A stretch of DNA of 61,178 nucleotides, the filler included, from Catajapyx aquilonaris (lineage: Eukaryota): assembly GCA_000934665.2 (NCBI GenBank). It is 4 parts of 4 records of this genome, joined end to end, with 100 filler letters (N's around TTAATTAATTAA, not from the genome) between each part and the next. Parts side by side here need not be neighbours in the genome. Positions count along the whole stretch, not along the records: positions 45,977 to 61,178 come from KZ539704.1; 3 more parts are not named here. One strand, given 5' to 3'. This document shows, in pieces, positions 46,975-60,170 of the stretch (positions are counted from its first letter, which is position 1; each line of letters starts with the position of its first letter). The notes under the pieces were generated by a model. It saw only the letters and a program-made list of their open reading frames with translations, made no database searches and had not been told where the DNA came from. The translations under genes were made by a program, and so were the position numbers.

Positions 46975-49113
46975 TTACTTGTCTCTCTTAACAACTTTGA
47001 GCCAGACCCCATTACTGGCTCGACTGAGAATGGCAGCCAGAGAATATTTCATTGGAATTTGAGTTCTTTTGGAAGGTTCGAAGCGGAAGTGAAGAATGGT
47101 TGTTGCTAATGCAGCTTTGGCTTCCATCAAGGCAAATCGCATGCCTGGAAATATGGAGAAATAACATATTAATTGCATTACCGGTATACTGCATATCGCT
47201 TGAGTATCATAACATCTACTGGGTAGGATATAGGGATATTCCCCATTAACGGTACAATGTAGCAGAAACACGACATATAAGTTACGTTGAGATAATAATT
47301 ATTAAAAGCATTTGCTCAGATTAACCATTTATCGGTTAGGTTCTTACCAACGCAACTTCTTGGCCCGTGCCCAAATGACTGGAAGAAGTAAGGACTTCTC
47401 TTGGCTTTTTCTTCTGGACTGAACCTCCCGGGATCGAACTTCATCGGGTTAGGAAAGTAAGTCTCGTCGCGATGGATGGCAAATGAAGGGAAAATCACCA
47501 TGGAACCTTTCCGGATTACGTCGTCAGTACCTGGGATCTGGTAGTCTTTGGTGCACGTCCGCATAAGTTTAAAGAGAGGGGTGTGCAGGCGAAGTGTTTC
47601 TGGAAAAAGAGACAGGTAGACTATTTGTGGCGTCCAAAGGCAAAAGGCAGTATCTCCACTAACCCGCAAATGTCCAGATACTGCCTTTTGACTTTGGACG
47701 CCACATTTCAGGTCTCACGGGCCAGTGCAATCAATGTCTATTTAGTAAAATGTAATAGCCTAAGACGAATAACTTAACTTGGTGCTACCACAGGTATAGG
47801 AAAATAATCACACAATTATTCAGTTAGAATGCTGGGGAAGAACAATCCCTCATACCGTGAATGACCTTGTCCAGCAATTCCATTTCCATGATGGCGTTGT
47901 AGGTGATTTGTCCCTGGTGCTTGTCAACCGCCATTTTAATCTCATGGTACAATTCTTCCTGAATATCTGGATGGAGGGCCAACTCGTAAGTGGCAAATCC
48001 AAGGGTGTTGGCAGTGGTCTCGTAACCAGCAACGAAGAATGTCATACACTGGGCAATGAGAAGTGTCTCATTCAAAACTAAAAAGATTAAGCCGTTTATA
48101 ATACAGCGTAGCAATTGCATTAACTTATGTTGATAATTGTGATTAGTTATACATTACCAGCTTTGGATAGGGACCTGCGTTCTTCTGCAGATTTGAGATC
48201 CGTGCTGTAACCAATAAGTTTATCGGATTCTGCTTCTTCCTGCAATTCTCCTTTCTTGGCATCCAATAACAATTGCAAGAAGTCATTTTCCTTGACTCCG
48301 CTCTTTTCACGCTCTGCAAGTGTCTCTTTTATCACGTCAGCAAAAAAGTACATGGCATCGTCGTCATTGGGCAATGGCTATCGTATCGCGCGTAAAAAGA
48401 TCATGAATCTGGGGGCTATGAAGTTCATCATTGCCACAGCGAAGACTATGGGCTTCGGGAACATCAACTTGCTGGCCATCTTTGGAAAGATTGCCTCGTC
48501 ATCCCGAAATGAATTGCACTTGACCCCGAAGGCAGATGCTGCGATCACATCCATCGTGAACCTCCCGTAAGCATCTTTGACTTCTACTTCCTCCACATTT
48601 TCAGCAAATTTATCAAAATGCCCCTTTAGGTGTTCACCAGTTTCAAAAACAGATGGGAAGATCCTTTTGATCTTACCAGAAGTGAAGGTCGGGGTCACGA
48701 CATTCCTCACGTCCTTCCACTGCTGCCCCATTAAGCTAAATAAACCTTTGTTGAAATAATCAAATTTTTTGCCAACGTTGACTTGGGTTCTGTCCACAAA
48801 GTGGTCAAAATCTTTCACAAATATATTCTTCATTAATTCAAGATCTCGGATCAGAATTCCTGGTCCAATCATATCCCACACTCCGACATATTTTTTACCG
48901 GCCAATTTCTTGTATATACATGGCGACATCGGCGTCCCCATTGGATTTGGTGACAAATATGGCGTGGAGGAGACATTTCAAAAACAGAGTAATGGGAGCA
49001 GAGGGAAATCCTCTTCTTTTCCAGTAACCACCACTCCACACCAGTAATAAGGTCACCAGTAAGGTCACTCCCACAAGAGGAATGATAACGAGGTAGGCCA
49101 ACAGCCACCACAT
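46975..49113 (-). pseudogene. Cytochrome P450 A (CYP3 clan, CYP6/9-like), disrupted; exons 49113-48158, 48077-47856, 47599-47348, 47144-46975
   Basis: WxxxR, AGYETT, ETLR, PGRF and FGHGPRSCVG motifs are present. There is a +4 nt (TATA) insertion at ~48915 and an in-frame TAG at 48378-80 where paralog C has TTG. Confidence 0.85.
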
Positions 49114-50242
49114 GTTGGAGACACTGACTGGTTACGTGCACACACTGCGACGTCTTGAAGCCAACTGAGTGTGGAGGCTAGTGACTGTGGGTGGGACTCG
49201 CCACAGAATATTATTTTTACCCCGAAACGTACGAGTGTGCAAGCCAAGGCCGAACTCATAAACCACGCGTTCCAGCAGCAACTTAGATGTTGGTAGTTTT
49301 TTAAATGGGTTTTTATACGTGTATTTTATTCTAGAACCTATTGGCTCATTTTTGCCGGTGCTTTTTTTTTCATTCCTGCAGTTCCATAATGAGGCTGGTA
49401 CGATGTTGCTTTTGATGTTTCTTAATTGGGCCATTTTGCAACAGAGAAGTGATTCTTATCCAGAAGTATTTCATCAGCAATACATATCAAGTTGCGAAAA
49501 TACTCAATATTATCAACTTCGACATAGACGGATATAGATATATCGGTATCGGTATATGCGAGACTGATATGGATGGATGGGGTCTGCAACATATTTGTGT
49601 ACATCCGTTATTGCAATCTATACCGTACAGAGATAACAATTCATCAAATCCCACAGTAATGCCATCTTTGTGACATGGATAAAGAAGTTACATTTATTTC
49701 ACGCTGTACTATTCTTTTTTGTACCCAGCGTGATGGAAAATAATTGCTGTACTATTTTAAGCATGAAAATGTCACATTTCATTTGCTTATGATGTAAGTT
49801 AATGAATTTATAGTTGGATATTCGCAATATTATTCCAAACAGTTTTCCTTTATTTACGGTAATTATTATAATACACCTATGTATATGTGATACTACCAAA
49901 TGCTTACACAAATCATGTTGATGTCTACATACAGTTTCTGAACGACTGTTATTGCTGAATATTTGCCAGCTAAATTCAGCGCCATAAAAAGATGTGCACC
50001 ACTTAATTTATTGTCATCAAATATGATGTCCCATCAGCCAAGCGATATGATCAGTAAACAGGCCCGAGTCCCTCGTTTGTTTACAAATGAGACAACCTGG
50101 GCATCCCAGAGTAAGTATTTAAAATGTGTTGGACCCAACTTCGGGAGGATATAGATACAGAGGGAGGTCGTTGCCCACACAACAACATCGGGTCAGTCCC
50201 ATGTCCTGTACTCATTGTAATAGACAAAGACACGATAAAAAA

Positions 50243-52443
50243 TCACTCATTTCTCTGCACAACTTTGAGCCAGACCCCGTCTTTAGCCTGGGTTAGTTGA
50301 CCAGCTAGAGAATATTTCATTGGTACTGGTGTCTTAGCAGAAGGTTCCAATCGGTAGTGTAAAATGGTTGTAGCTAATGCAGCTTTGGCCTTCATCAAGG
50401 CAAATCTCATACCTGGAAAGATAGATATGAAAACAAAGCTTACAATCTACCTATTTGTATCATAGCGTGTACTATACGTAGGGAGTAGGGACATTCTCAT
50501 TAAATTGCACTGGGGCATAAATAAACATATTTATAGCTTTTTAAGACCAGATGCCGTTGGTAATCATATAATTACGTTCTTACCAACGCAGTTTCGTGGA
50601 CCATGTCCAAATGACTGGAAGAGGTAGGGACTTCTCTTGGCCTTTTCTTCTGGACTGAATCTCTCGGGATCGAACTTCATCGGGTTAGGAAAGTAAGTCT
50701 CGTCGCGATGGATGGCAAATGAAGGGAAAATAACCATGGAACCTTTCGGAATAACGTCGTCAGTGCCTGGGATCTGGTAGTCTTTGGTGCACGTCCGGAC
50801 AACTTTAAAAACAGGGGTGTGGAGGCGAAGGGTCTCTGAAAACAAAACACGTTGGCAATTTTAAATTTCACATGCACTTGCTCTTCTTATCATATCAAAT
50901 TAAATTATCATTCGACAGTATAACTACATAATCTCGACATAGAGTGTCATTCTGCTCAAGATGAATTGTTTTCACTCTATTTCCTGAATACATAAACCTG
51001 GAAATATTTGTAAATTTGAGTGCAATATTTACGCTATTAGCGTTTAAATTACTTTACCAAGTGCGCAACTGAGCCATTTGATTGGTGACTGTTATTGAGT
51101 GCTACATGTGAAATATGGAAAAAACCAAAAAACCGGCCCAAAAACTCCAAAATTAGGGAGACAAAATGCTGGGGCAGAAGCATCTCTCATACCGTAAAAG
51201 ACCTTGTCCAGCAATTCCATTTCCATGATGGCGTCGTAGGTGATTTGTCCCTTGTGCTTATCAACGGCCCTTTTAATCTCCGCATACAATTCTTCTTGAA
51301 TATCAGGATGGAGAGCCAACTCGTAGGCGGCAAATCCAAGGCTGTTGGCCGTGGATTCGTAGCCAGCAATGAAAAATGTTATACACTGGGCAATGATCAG
51401 TCTCTCATTCAAAACTGCAAATTATTAAAAAAAAAACATTGTTGAAAGTGAAGCATGCACAATATATTGTTGATTGTGATTATTATATTACTAGCTTTGG
51501 ACAGGGCCCTGCGTTCTTCTAGAGATTTCAAATCCGTGCTGTAACCAATCACTCTATCGGATTCCTCTTCCTCCTGCAATTCTCCTTTCTTTGCATCCAA
51601 AAGCATTTGCAACAAGTCATTTCTTTTGACTTCGCTCTTCTCACGCTCTGCAATTGTCGCTCTCGTCACATCAGTAAAAAATTGTATGGCATCGTCCATA
51701 CTGGGCAAAGGAAATCTCGTCGCGTGTAAAAAGTTCATGAATGTGGGGAATAGCATATTCATAATCAGCATGATAAAGACACTCGGTTTCGGGAACATCA
51801 ACTTGCTGGCCATCTTTGGGAAGATTGCCTTTTCACCCTGAAATGAATTACAAGTGACCCCGAAAGCAGACGCTGCTATCACATCCATTGTGAACCTCCC
51901 GTAAGCATCTTTGACCTCCACATCCTCTCCATTTTCAGCAAATTTATCAAAATGCCCTTTCAGCTGATCACAAATTTCATGAATGGATGGGAAGGTCCTC
52001 TTAATCTTGCTAGAAGTGAAGGTCGGGGTCACCACATTCCTCACGTCCTTCCACTGCTTGCCCATTAAGTTGCCTAATGACAGGTTGATGTAATCATATT
52101 TTTTGCCAAAGTTGAACTGCATTCTGTCCACAAAGTGGTCAAAATCTTTCACGAAGATATTCTTCATTAATTCCGGATCTCGGATCAGAATTCCTGGGCC
52201 AAACATATCCCACACTCCGACATATTTTTTACCGTCCAATTTCTTGTACATGGCTACATCGGCGTCGCCATTGGACTTGGTGACAAATATGCCATGGAAG
52301 AGGCACTTCCAAAACAGAGTAACGGGGGCGGAGGGAAATCCTCTTCTTTGCCAGTAACTACCGCTCCACACCAGAAATAATGTTACCAGTAAGGTCACTC
52401 CCACAAGAGGAATGATAACGAGGTAGGCCAACAGACACCACAT
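50243..52443 (-). CDS. Cytochrome P450 B (CYP3 clan); exons 52443-51492, 51414-51193, 50835-50584, 50412-50243
   Basis: N-terminal membrane anchor, WKDVR, AGYEST, ETLR, PERF and heme motif FGHGPRNCVG|MRF. GT-AG introns at the same positions as in the paralogs. No lesions seen. Confidence 0.9.
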
Positions 52444-53160
52444 GTTGGAGACACTGACAGATTACGTGTACGCACTGCGACGTTTTGAAGCCAACTGAGT
52501 GTGGAGGCTAGTGAGGCACAGAGTATTGTACACGTCACGTGTTTTTTGCTGACTGCTAAAGCGTAATGATGGAACAAGACAAGGACAGATGCATCATAAC
52601 CTTGAACCAAGTATTACAGCGGTTATTTACATGGACTACAGTAGTTTTAAATGGGTTTAATCTGAATGTGTATTTTTATTACAGATCCTACCTAATGGCT
52701 CGTTTTGGCCCTTGCATTCTTTCCACGCCTACTTCTCCATAGCGAAGCTGGCTGGCCGGTTCCTCCTGATAATTATTTCCTGTACGTGGGCTACGTGTGA
52801 TACTCTGCGTAATTTGCACAAAATAGTCATGCTGATGGCTAATTAAACTTTCTGAACCATTTTATTGCCAAATGTTTGTCATAAATCCAACGAGATAAAA
52901 TATATTTGCAGCATTTCATTTATTGTGATTAGATATTAATATGTCCTGACAATCAAGAGATATGACAAGTTAGTGTGTCGAACTTGTATGTTTACAAATG
53001 ACAGAACATTATACAGCAAGTATTTACTGTGTTTTAGAGAGAATGGGTACGGGGGGAGACCTTTGTCCACATACCGTGTCCTCATTCCGTGCTCTGAGAA
53101 GTTCAAATAACGATGTTAATGTCCACAACCATTGACATAAACGAAAACCCGACAAAATAA

Positions 53161-53362
53161 TCACATGTGTCTCTTCGCAACTTTGAGCCAGACCCCATCT
53201 TTCGCCCGGCATAGTTGGCCAGCCCGAGAATATTTCATTGGAATGGGTGTCCTTTCAGAAGGTTCGAAGCGATAGTGAAGAATGGTTGTTGCTAATGCGG
53301 CTTTGGCTTCCATCAAGGCAAATCTCATACCTGGAAATAGGGGGGGGGGNGTTAATATACTG

Positions 53363-53402
<40 letters not shown>

Positions 53403-55648
53403 GAATCCACCAATATTGCGTCGTAGGAAGTATAGATACTCTCCATTAATGTACATTGGCAGCAGCACCACGTGTATATAATTTTTTTTAAATACAGTAC
53501 CAAAAGTCCAAGTTAACCATCTATCGGTTACAGTCTTACCAACGCAATTTCTTGGCCCGTGTCCAAATGACTGGAAGAGATAGGGACTTCTCTTGGCTTT
53601 TTCTTCCTGGCTGAATCTCTCGGGATCGAACTTCAGCGGGTTTGTAAAGTAAGTCTCGTCGCGATGGATGGCAAATGACGGCAAAATCACCATGGAGCCT
53701 TTCGGGATTACGTCGTCAGTATCTGGAATCTGGTAGTCCTTGGTGCATACCCGCATTAGTTTGAAGAGAGGGGTGTGCAGGCGAAGTGTTTCTGGAAAAA
53801 AAAAATGAAGTGGACCTTAGAAATTCAGGTGCAAGATTGCCAACTGCGCAATCGTGGATTGCTTTTTTAAATGCCACAAGTGAATTACATAGATTGTGGC
53901 TTGTTCATGACATTGCCTCAAGCATATTCTCAGCCGAGTGAATATTTTTTGTGAATATTCACAATGGCAGTAATTATTGTGCCAAGTGATTTTGTAACCT
54001 AGCAGAAAAGGAAACTGGCGTGCTTCAATCTAGGTGGGTAAATATGAACATTTGCTACCAATACGCATCTGGATTATTCTTTAACCGTATATGCATATTT
54101 TTAAAAATTCGGCTACATTTTAAACAAAACAACCACTATATGAGTGTCAGTAATTGAGCAACAATAAAAAGGGGTTAAAAGATTTTAAAGCAAGGAATGG
54201 TTCAAAAGTAATACATAATAATTATAATAATTACGTAAACATTATTATTTTAGGCACATTTTCATACTACATTTCATAATAAGAAAGAGGTGGTCCTATA
54301 GGATATCGTGTTTTATTTGTGGTTTTCATCATTGGTTTTTTGATAATGTGCAATGTAAGTTTAGATGATCTGGGCCTAACATGATATGTGTCATACGGAA
54401 GGGTCATCTCATACCGTGAATGACCTTGTCCAGCAATTCCATTTCCATGATGGCGTCGTAGGTGATTTGTCCCTTGTGCTTATCAACGACCCTTTTAATC
54501 TCCTCATACAACTCTTCTTGAATTTCTGGATGGAGGGCCAACTCGTAGGCGGCAAATCCCAGAGTGTTGGCCGTAGTTTCGTAACCAGCAACGAAGAATA
54601 TTATGCACTGAGCAATGAGAAGTGTCTCATTCAAAACTGAAAACAATAAACCATTTAAAATGTTGCAGAACGTAGAATACGTTGTTGATACATTACCAGC
54701 TTTGGATAGGGCCCTGCGTTCTTCTGCAGATTTTTGATCCGTGTTGTACCCAATTAGTTTATCAGATTCTGCTTCTTCCTGCAATTCTCCTTTCTTTGAA
54801 TCCATTAGCAGTTGCAAAAAGTCATTTCCTTTGACTCCGCTCTTCTCACGCTCTGCAATTGTGTCCTTCGTTACGTTTGCAAAAAATTGTATGGCCTCCT
54901 CGCTGCTGGGCAATGGCAATCGTATGTCTCGTAAAAATTTCATGAATCTAGGGGCTAGGAATGTGATGACCATCGTAAGGAAAACCCGAAGTTTCGGGAA
55001 CATCAAGCTGCTGGCCATCTTTGGGAAGATTGCCTCTTCATCTCGAAAAGAATTACAATTGACCCCGAATGCGGAAGTTGCGATCACATCCATCGTGAAC
55101 CTCCCGTAGGCGTCTTTGACTTCTACTTCCTCTCCTTTTCCGACAATTCTCTCAAAATGTGCTTTCAGCTGCTCGCCACTTTCAAAAACTGACGGGAAGA
55201 TCCTCTTGATCTTACCAGAAGTGAAGGTCGGGGTCACCACATTCCTCACGTCCTTCCACTCTTGTCCGGAGAGGTTGCTCATCATTTTATTCATGTAATC
55301 GTATTTTTTGCCAAAATCGAATTGAGTTCTGTCCACAAAATGGTCAAAATCTTTGACAAAAATGTTCTTCATCAATTCAGGATCTCGGATCCAAATGCAT
55401 GGGCCCAAAATATCGAAGGTTCCGACATATTTTTTACCGGCCAATTTTTTGTACATAGACACATCCGCATCGCCATTGGACTTGGTGACAAATATGGCGT
55501 GCAGGAAACTCTTCCAAAACAAGGTCACTGGCGCTGCGGGAAATCCTCTCCGTTCCCAGTAACCACCACTCCACACCAGAAATACGGTCACCAGTAAGGT
55601 CACTCCCACCAGAGGGATGAAAACGAGATACGCCAACAGCCACCACAT
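53161..55648 (-). CDS. Cytochrome P450 C (CYP3 clan); exons 55648-54697, 54636-54415, 53791-53540, 53330-53161
   Basis: All P450 motifs are intact (AGYETT, ETLR, PERF, FGHGPRNCVG) with the conserved 4-exon structure. Confidence 0.9.
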
Positions 55649-55696
55649 GTTGGAGATATCCACTGACACAAGTAACCACCACAACCTCTGGGTTCC

Positions 55697-55702
55697 AACT
55701 GA
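55697..55702 (-). promoter_or_regulatory. Arthropod initiator-like TCAGTT upstream of CYP C (equivalents at 49163-68 for A and 52493-98 for B)
   Basis: The same TCAGTTGG motif lies ~50 nt upstream of the ATG in three paralogs. Confidence 0.55.
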
Positions 55703-56825
55703 CGCGTCAGATGCAACCGCTTTTTTTCCCCGCCCTTACGCCATGACGTAAGGGAGGGAAAAAAGCGGTTGCATAGACAGGGTTTTCATTTTTTTTGTCC
55801 CAAATATACCTACGTAATAGAAAGACAAGGCCAGGCACGAACTGGTTTCCTCCTGCACGGCTGCACCCTGAATGTTTACTCTGTCACTCTGCAGTTCCCT
55901 AAGGGCAGTGTGGTCATGATATCATCCCTCATGTGCTTATGCATTTTGTGACATAACTTTCATAATTGTAACTTGCTTTATTGCGTACTGTTGCTACTGT
56001 GTGTTCTTCAGCATTCGTCATACCAATTAGCATTTGAATTGCGAACATGCATGTGACTGTGGTGAGTCATCCATTCTATGTATCACTGGAGCGCTAGGCG
56101 ACGAGATAATTATCACTTCGTTTACTTAAAATGTGACACTCACCCACAATCGAGATATCATTATCTGCAGGGAGATAAACATACCAGTAGTTGTTGCAAG
56201 GTCAGGGGCTGTTCCATTGAACCTGTCACTCGTATTCATTTTTCATTTTTTAAAGTTGTTTTATTACAAAGGTCTATGTGAAGTTAGGCCAATTTGTGAA
56301 GGAACCCAAATGATCAAACGGCGTTATTTGTCACTTAAAAATGGTTTGGAATCGGCTCCAAATTGCAGAGTCCCACTTGTTCCATATTCTTGCATGAAGT
56401 TGTGTTCCACTCGGCGGTAGTGACCGATGTTGGCTCATATCATTGCATTCACCATGCAGTACAAGACTATTGATCACATGACAAGTGTGTAAGTAAATTC
56501 AAGTCCCAAGAATGCAAGTTTATTGGACAAAAATCGTAATGGGAAAGAAAGTAATAATAGTAGAAGTAATAAAAAAAGGAAAAGAAAGCTTTGTACTTTC
56601 CTTCCTTACCACAGTCATGCACTGTCCATCTTTTACTATTGATATCTTAAAGCTTAGACCGTTAGAGATTCTACATGAAGGAATTAATCACCAGGTCAGA
56701 CAGCAAATACCAACCATCAATATTAGTATTGCACATAACATTATTTGCCCGAGCTTTTTTACACAATATTCTATATTTTAAAACATGCCGATCAGATGAT
56801 GAGGACAATCAGCATCAAGCAAAAA

Positions 56826-59008
56826 TTACATTATTCGCTTTTCCAATTTTAGCCAGACCCCATATTTTGCACGACATATAATGGAGGCAATATCATATGT
56901 GAGCGGAATCTCTGTCCTTTTCGAAGGCTGGAATCGGAAGTCCAGTACGGAAGTTGCTAGAGCCACTTTGGCCTCCATCAATGCAAATCGCATACCTGAG
57001 GGGGGAAAAGGCGTGTCAGAGAGTACCCAAGTATGCTTCACAATACACAGAGCAGTTCTTTCAGTGCAGAATTTTGCCATATAGTACTACGTACTGTACA
57101 TCTGGATACAATTTATAGACCTATTATACAGTATTGAGGCACATCCATGGGAAGTATTAGCTACCACAATATTATTGTCGTCTAAAATTAGTAACATTTA
57201 AGTATTTCAAGGCGAGTTAATAATTGGAAGTGACGTAACTTAACTATGATGATCTTACCAACGCAGTTTCGCGGTCCCTGTCCGAATGCTTGGTAGGTGT
57301 AAAGGTTTCTCTGAGCCTTTTCCTCATGACTGAACCTCTCCGGATCGAACTTGGTCGGATTCGGGTAGTAACGCTCGTCTCGGTGTATTGCAAAGGAAGG
57401 GAAGGTCACCAGGGAATCCTTCTTGATGACATGGTTCGTGCCCGGAATCTGGTAGTCTTTGGTGCACGTTCTCAAATTTCGAAAGAAGGGAGTGTGAAGT
57501 CGTAGCGTTTCTGAAATGGTACACATTTTTCCAAACAAACCCTTCATTTGGGACCTATATAGTATATGCAACAGACGAGTATTCTTCCTGACAACCTTTA
57601 AGTCACCTTGTTTAACGAAGCAAGAATATTACAGTAAAAAGTTTAGTTTATTAATTCTCTACTACTCTTGGACGAACCAATCAGTAAAATTTTCGAGCAA
57701 TGTGGAGCCCTTTACCGTGAATAACTTTGTCCAGTAGTTCCATCTCCATAACGGCGTCATAGGTGACTTGTCCCTTGTGGTTGTCTACGACTTCTTTGAC
57801 CTCATTATATACCTCCTCTTGTAGATCAGGGTTGAGAGCCAGTTCATAGGCAGCGAATCCGAGGGTGTTGGCCGTAGTTTCGTAGCCAGCAATAATGAAT
57901 ATAATGCACTGGGCTATGATCGTAGCCTCGTTCAGTACTAAAAATAACCAGGAATTATTATTAGATCATGAGCGGTTTGACTATAATATTGCTTTTGAAA
58001 AATAAAAGTCACCCGTTTCTTATTACAGTAAGAAACGTTATCCTAATATAGTCTATAGAGAGGAACACAGAAATGCATACCTCTTTTGGAAAGGGCTTTA
58101 CGCTCATCTGTACCTATGTTGTCCTTCTCTGTTTCTTCCTCCAATTCTCCCTTTCTGGCGTCCAAGAGTAGCTGCAGGAAATCATTACCTTTGACCCCAG
58201 TCTTTTCACGCTCTGCTATAGTGTCTTTCACCACATCCACAAAAAATTGCATGGCGACCACGTTGTCTGGCAGTGGAATACGTAACGCTCGCAATAACTT
58301 CACGAACCTCGGGAATGCAATAGACAACATGAGGGTTATATAAGAAGAAGGTGGAGGAAACATTAGTCTGGTGGCCATCTTGGGGAAGAGTGCTTCACTG
58401 TTCTTGAAAGAGTTGCAGTGGACGCCGAAGCCAGAGCTGGCGATGACATCCATTGTGAATCTTCCATACGCATCCTTCACTTCCAGTTCCTCCCCCTTTT
58501 CGGCAATTTTGTCAAAATAGGCCTTCAGTTCAACGCAGTTTTCGCACACGGTCGGAAAGAGCCTCTTCATTTTTCCTGAAGTGAACGTCGGGGTCACCAC
58601 ATTCCTCACATCCTTCCACGACTGTCCTCGTAAGGCGACCATCATCAGGTTCATGACCTCCATCCTCTTCCCCCAGTCCAATATCATCCTGTCCGAAAAG
58701 TGGTCAAAGTCTTTGACGTAAATGAGCCTCGTCAGTTCAGGATCCACAACCCACACGTTGAATCCCATAATGTCCAGACATCCGGCGTATTTTTTTCCGG
58801 CCAGCTTTTTGTAAACAGCGACGTCCGCATCCCCGTTGGACTTTGTTACAAAAATAGAGTGCAGAAGGCATTTCCAGTATAACATGGCAGGTAGTGCGGG
58901 TAGACCTCTCCTCTGCCAGTATGTGTTGTACCACACCACGTACAGAGCCAGCAAGACGGGTATTGTCACAAGCGGTATGGCCACCAGGTACACCAAAAAT
59001 AACCACAT
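56826..59008 (-). CDS. Cytochrome P450 D (CYP3 clan, most divergent paralog); exons 59008-58081, 57937-57716, 57510-57259, 56995-56826
   Basis: Motifs AGYETT, ETLR, PERF and FGQGPRNCVG|MRF. An alternative in-frame ATG lies at 59098. Confidence 0.9.
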
Positions 59009-59705
59009 TGTCACTGCACCACAAGGTCTTGTCGCTTGGAAAATATTCGTAGTTTGTTCGCTGGGAAGCACTGGGCTGGACTGAGCTAAGGTTTTCATGT
59101 AGACTGTGTTGTATCCAAGGTTACGTCATGCTTGAAAAAGTCAGGGTCAGTTTATTGATCCAAGTTGCTCATGCCACACTTTCGGATTGCAGTCATAAAA
59201 TTTCATGGTTGCATTCATCATCATCATCCTGGACTGTACCTAATTGAATGGGCAAACGGCTGGAAATATTAAATAAACACATTAAGTTTTTAAAAATTTA
59301 ACACCTAATTTTATAACAGCACACTACTGCACTGTTTTAGTTACTGCAATGTTATGACTGTATTATTGGTGACAGCCAGGAAATGCACTATTTAATAATT
59401 AGACTACCCTCACTACTTATCTCTGCGACAAGTGCACTTCTCTGCAAATAATTATTATTATCATTATGTCATACGTTGCAGGAGGCTTTAGTTTGTAATT
59501 TTCACGTTACTTGATTCCAGGTGGCATTGACGTGGAATTACACCTCGTTATAACGCACTTATAATGTGTATGTGCATGCACATGATTGTGTGGTGTTTTT
59601 TGTCCTACCCGTACGTCTCTTCCCTCAATTATGTCACAATGTTCGTTAATCGTAAGTGATAATATATCTTAATTACATTATATTCAGGATGAATATGAGT
59701 TATAA

Positions 59706-60170
59706 TTATTTCATAAATGTGGGGAAAAGGATATTCATAATCAGCATGATAAAGACACTCGGTTTCGGGAACATCAACTTGCTGGCCATCTTTGGGAAGA
59801 TTGCCTCTTCATCCCGAAATGAATTACAAGTGACCCCGAAAGCAGACTCTGCTATCACATCCATTGTGAACCTCCCGTAAGCATCTTTGACCTCCACGTC
59901 CTTTCCATTTTCAGCAAATTTATCAAAATGCCCTTTCAGCTGTTCGCAAATTTCATGAATGGATGGGAAGGTCCTCTTAATCTTGCTAGAAGTGAAGGTC
60001 GGGGTCACCACATTCCTCACATCCTTCCACGGCTGTCCTCGTAAGGTGACCATCATCAGGTTCATGACCTCCATCCTCTTCCCCCAGTCCAATATCATCC
60101 TGTCCGAAAACATGGCAGGTAGTGCGGGTAGACCTCTCCTCTGCCAGTATGTGTTGTACCACACCACGTG
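59706..60170 (-). pseudogene. Chimeric, internally deleted P450 exon-1 fragment (5' part from paralog D, 3' part B-like)
   Basis: VVWYNTYWQRRGLPALPAM|FSDRMILDWGKRMEVMNLMM follows D with 61 codons deleted. TSSKIKRTFPSIHEICEQLKGHFDK...PKPSVFIMLIMN follows B. Confidence 0.85.
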
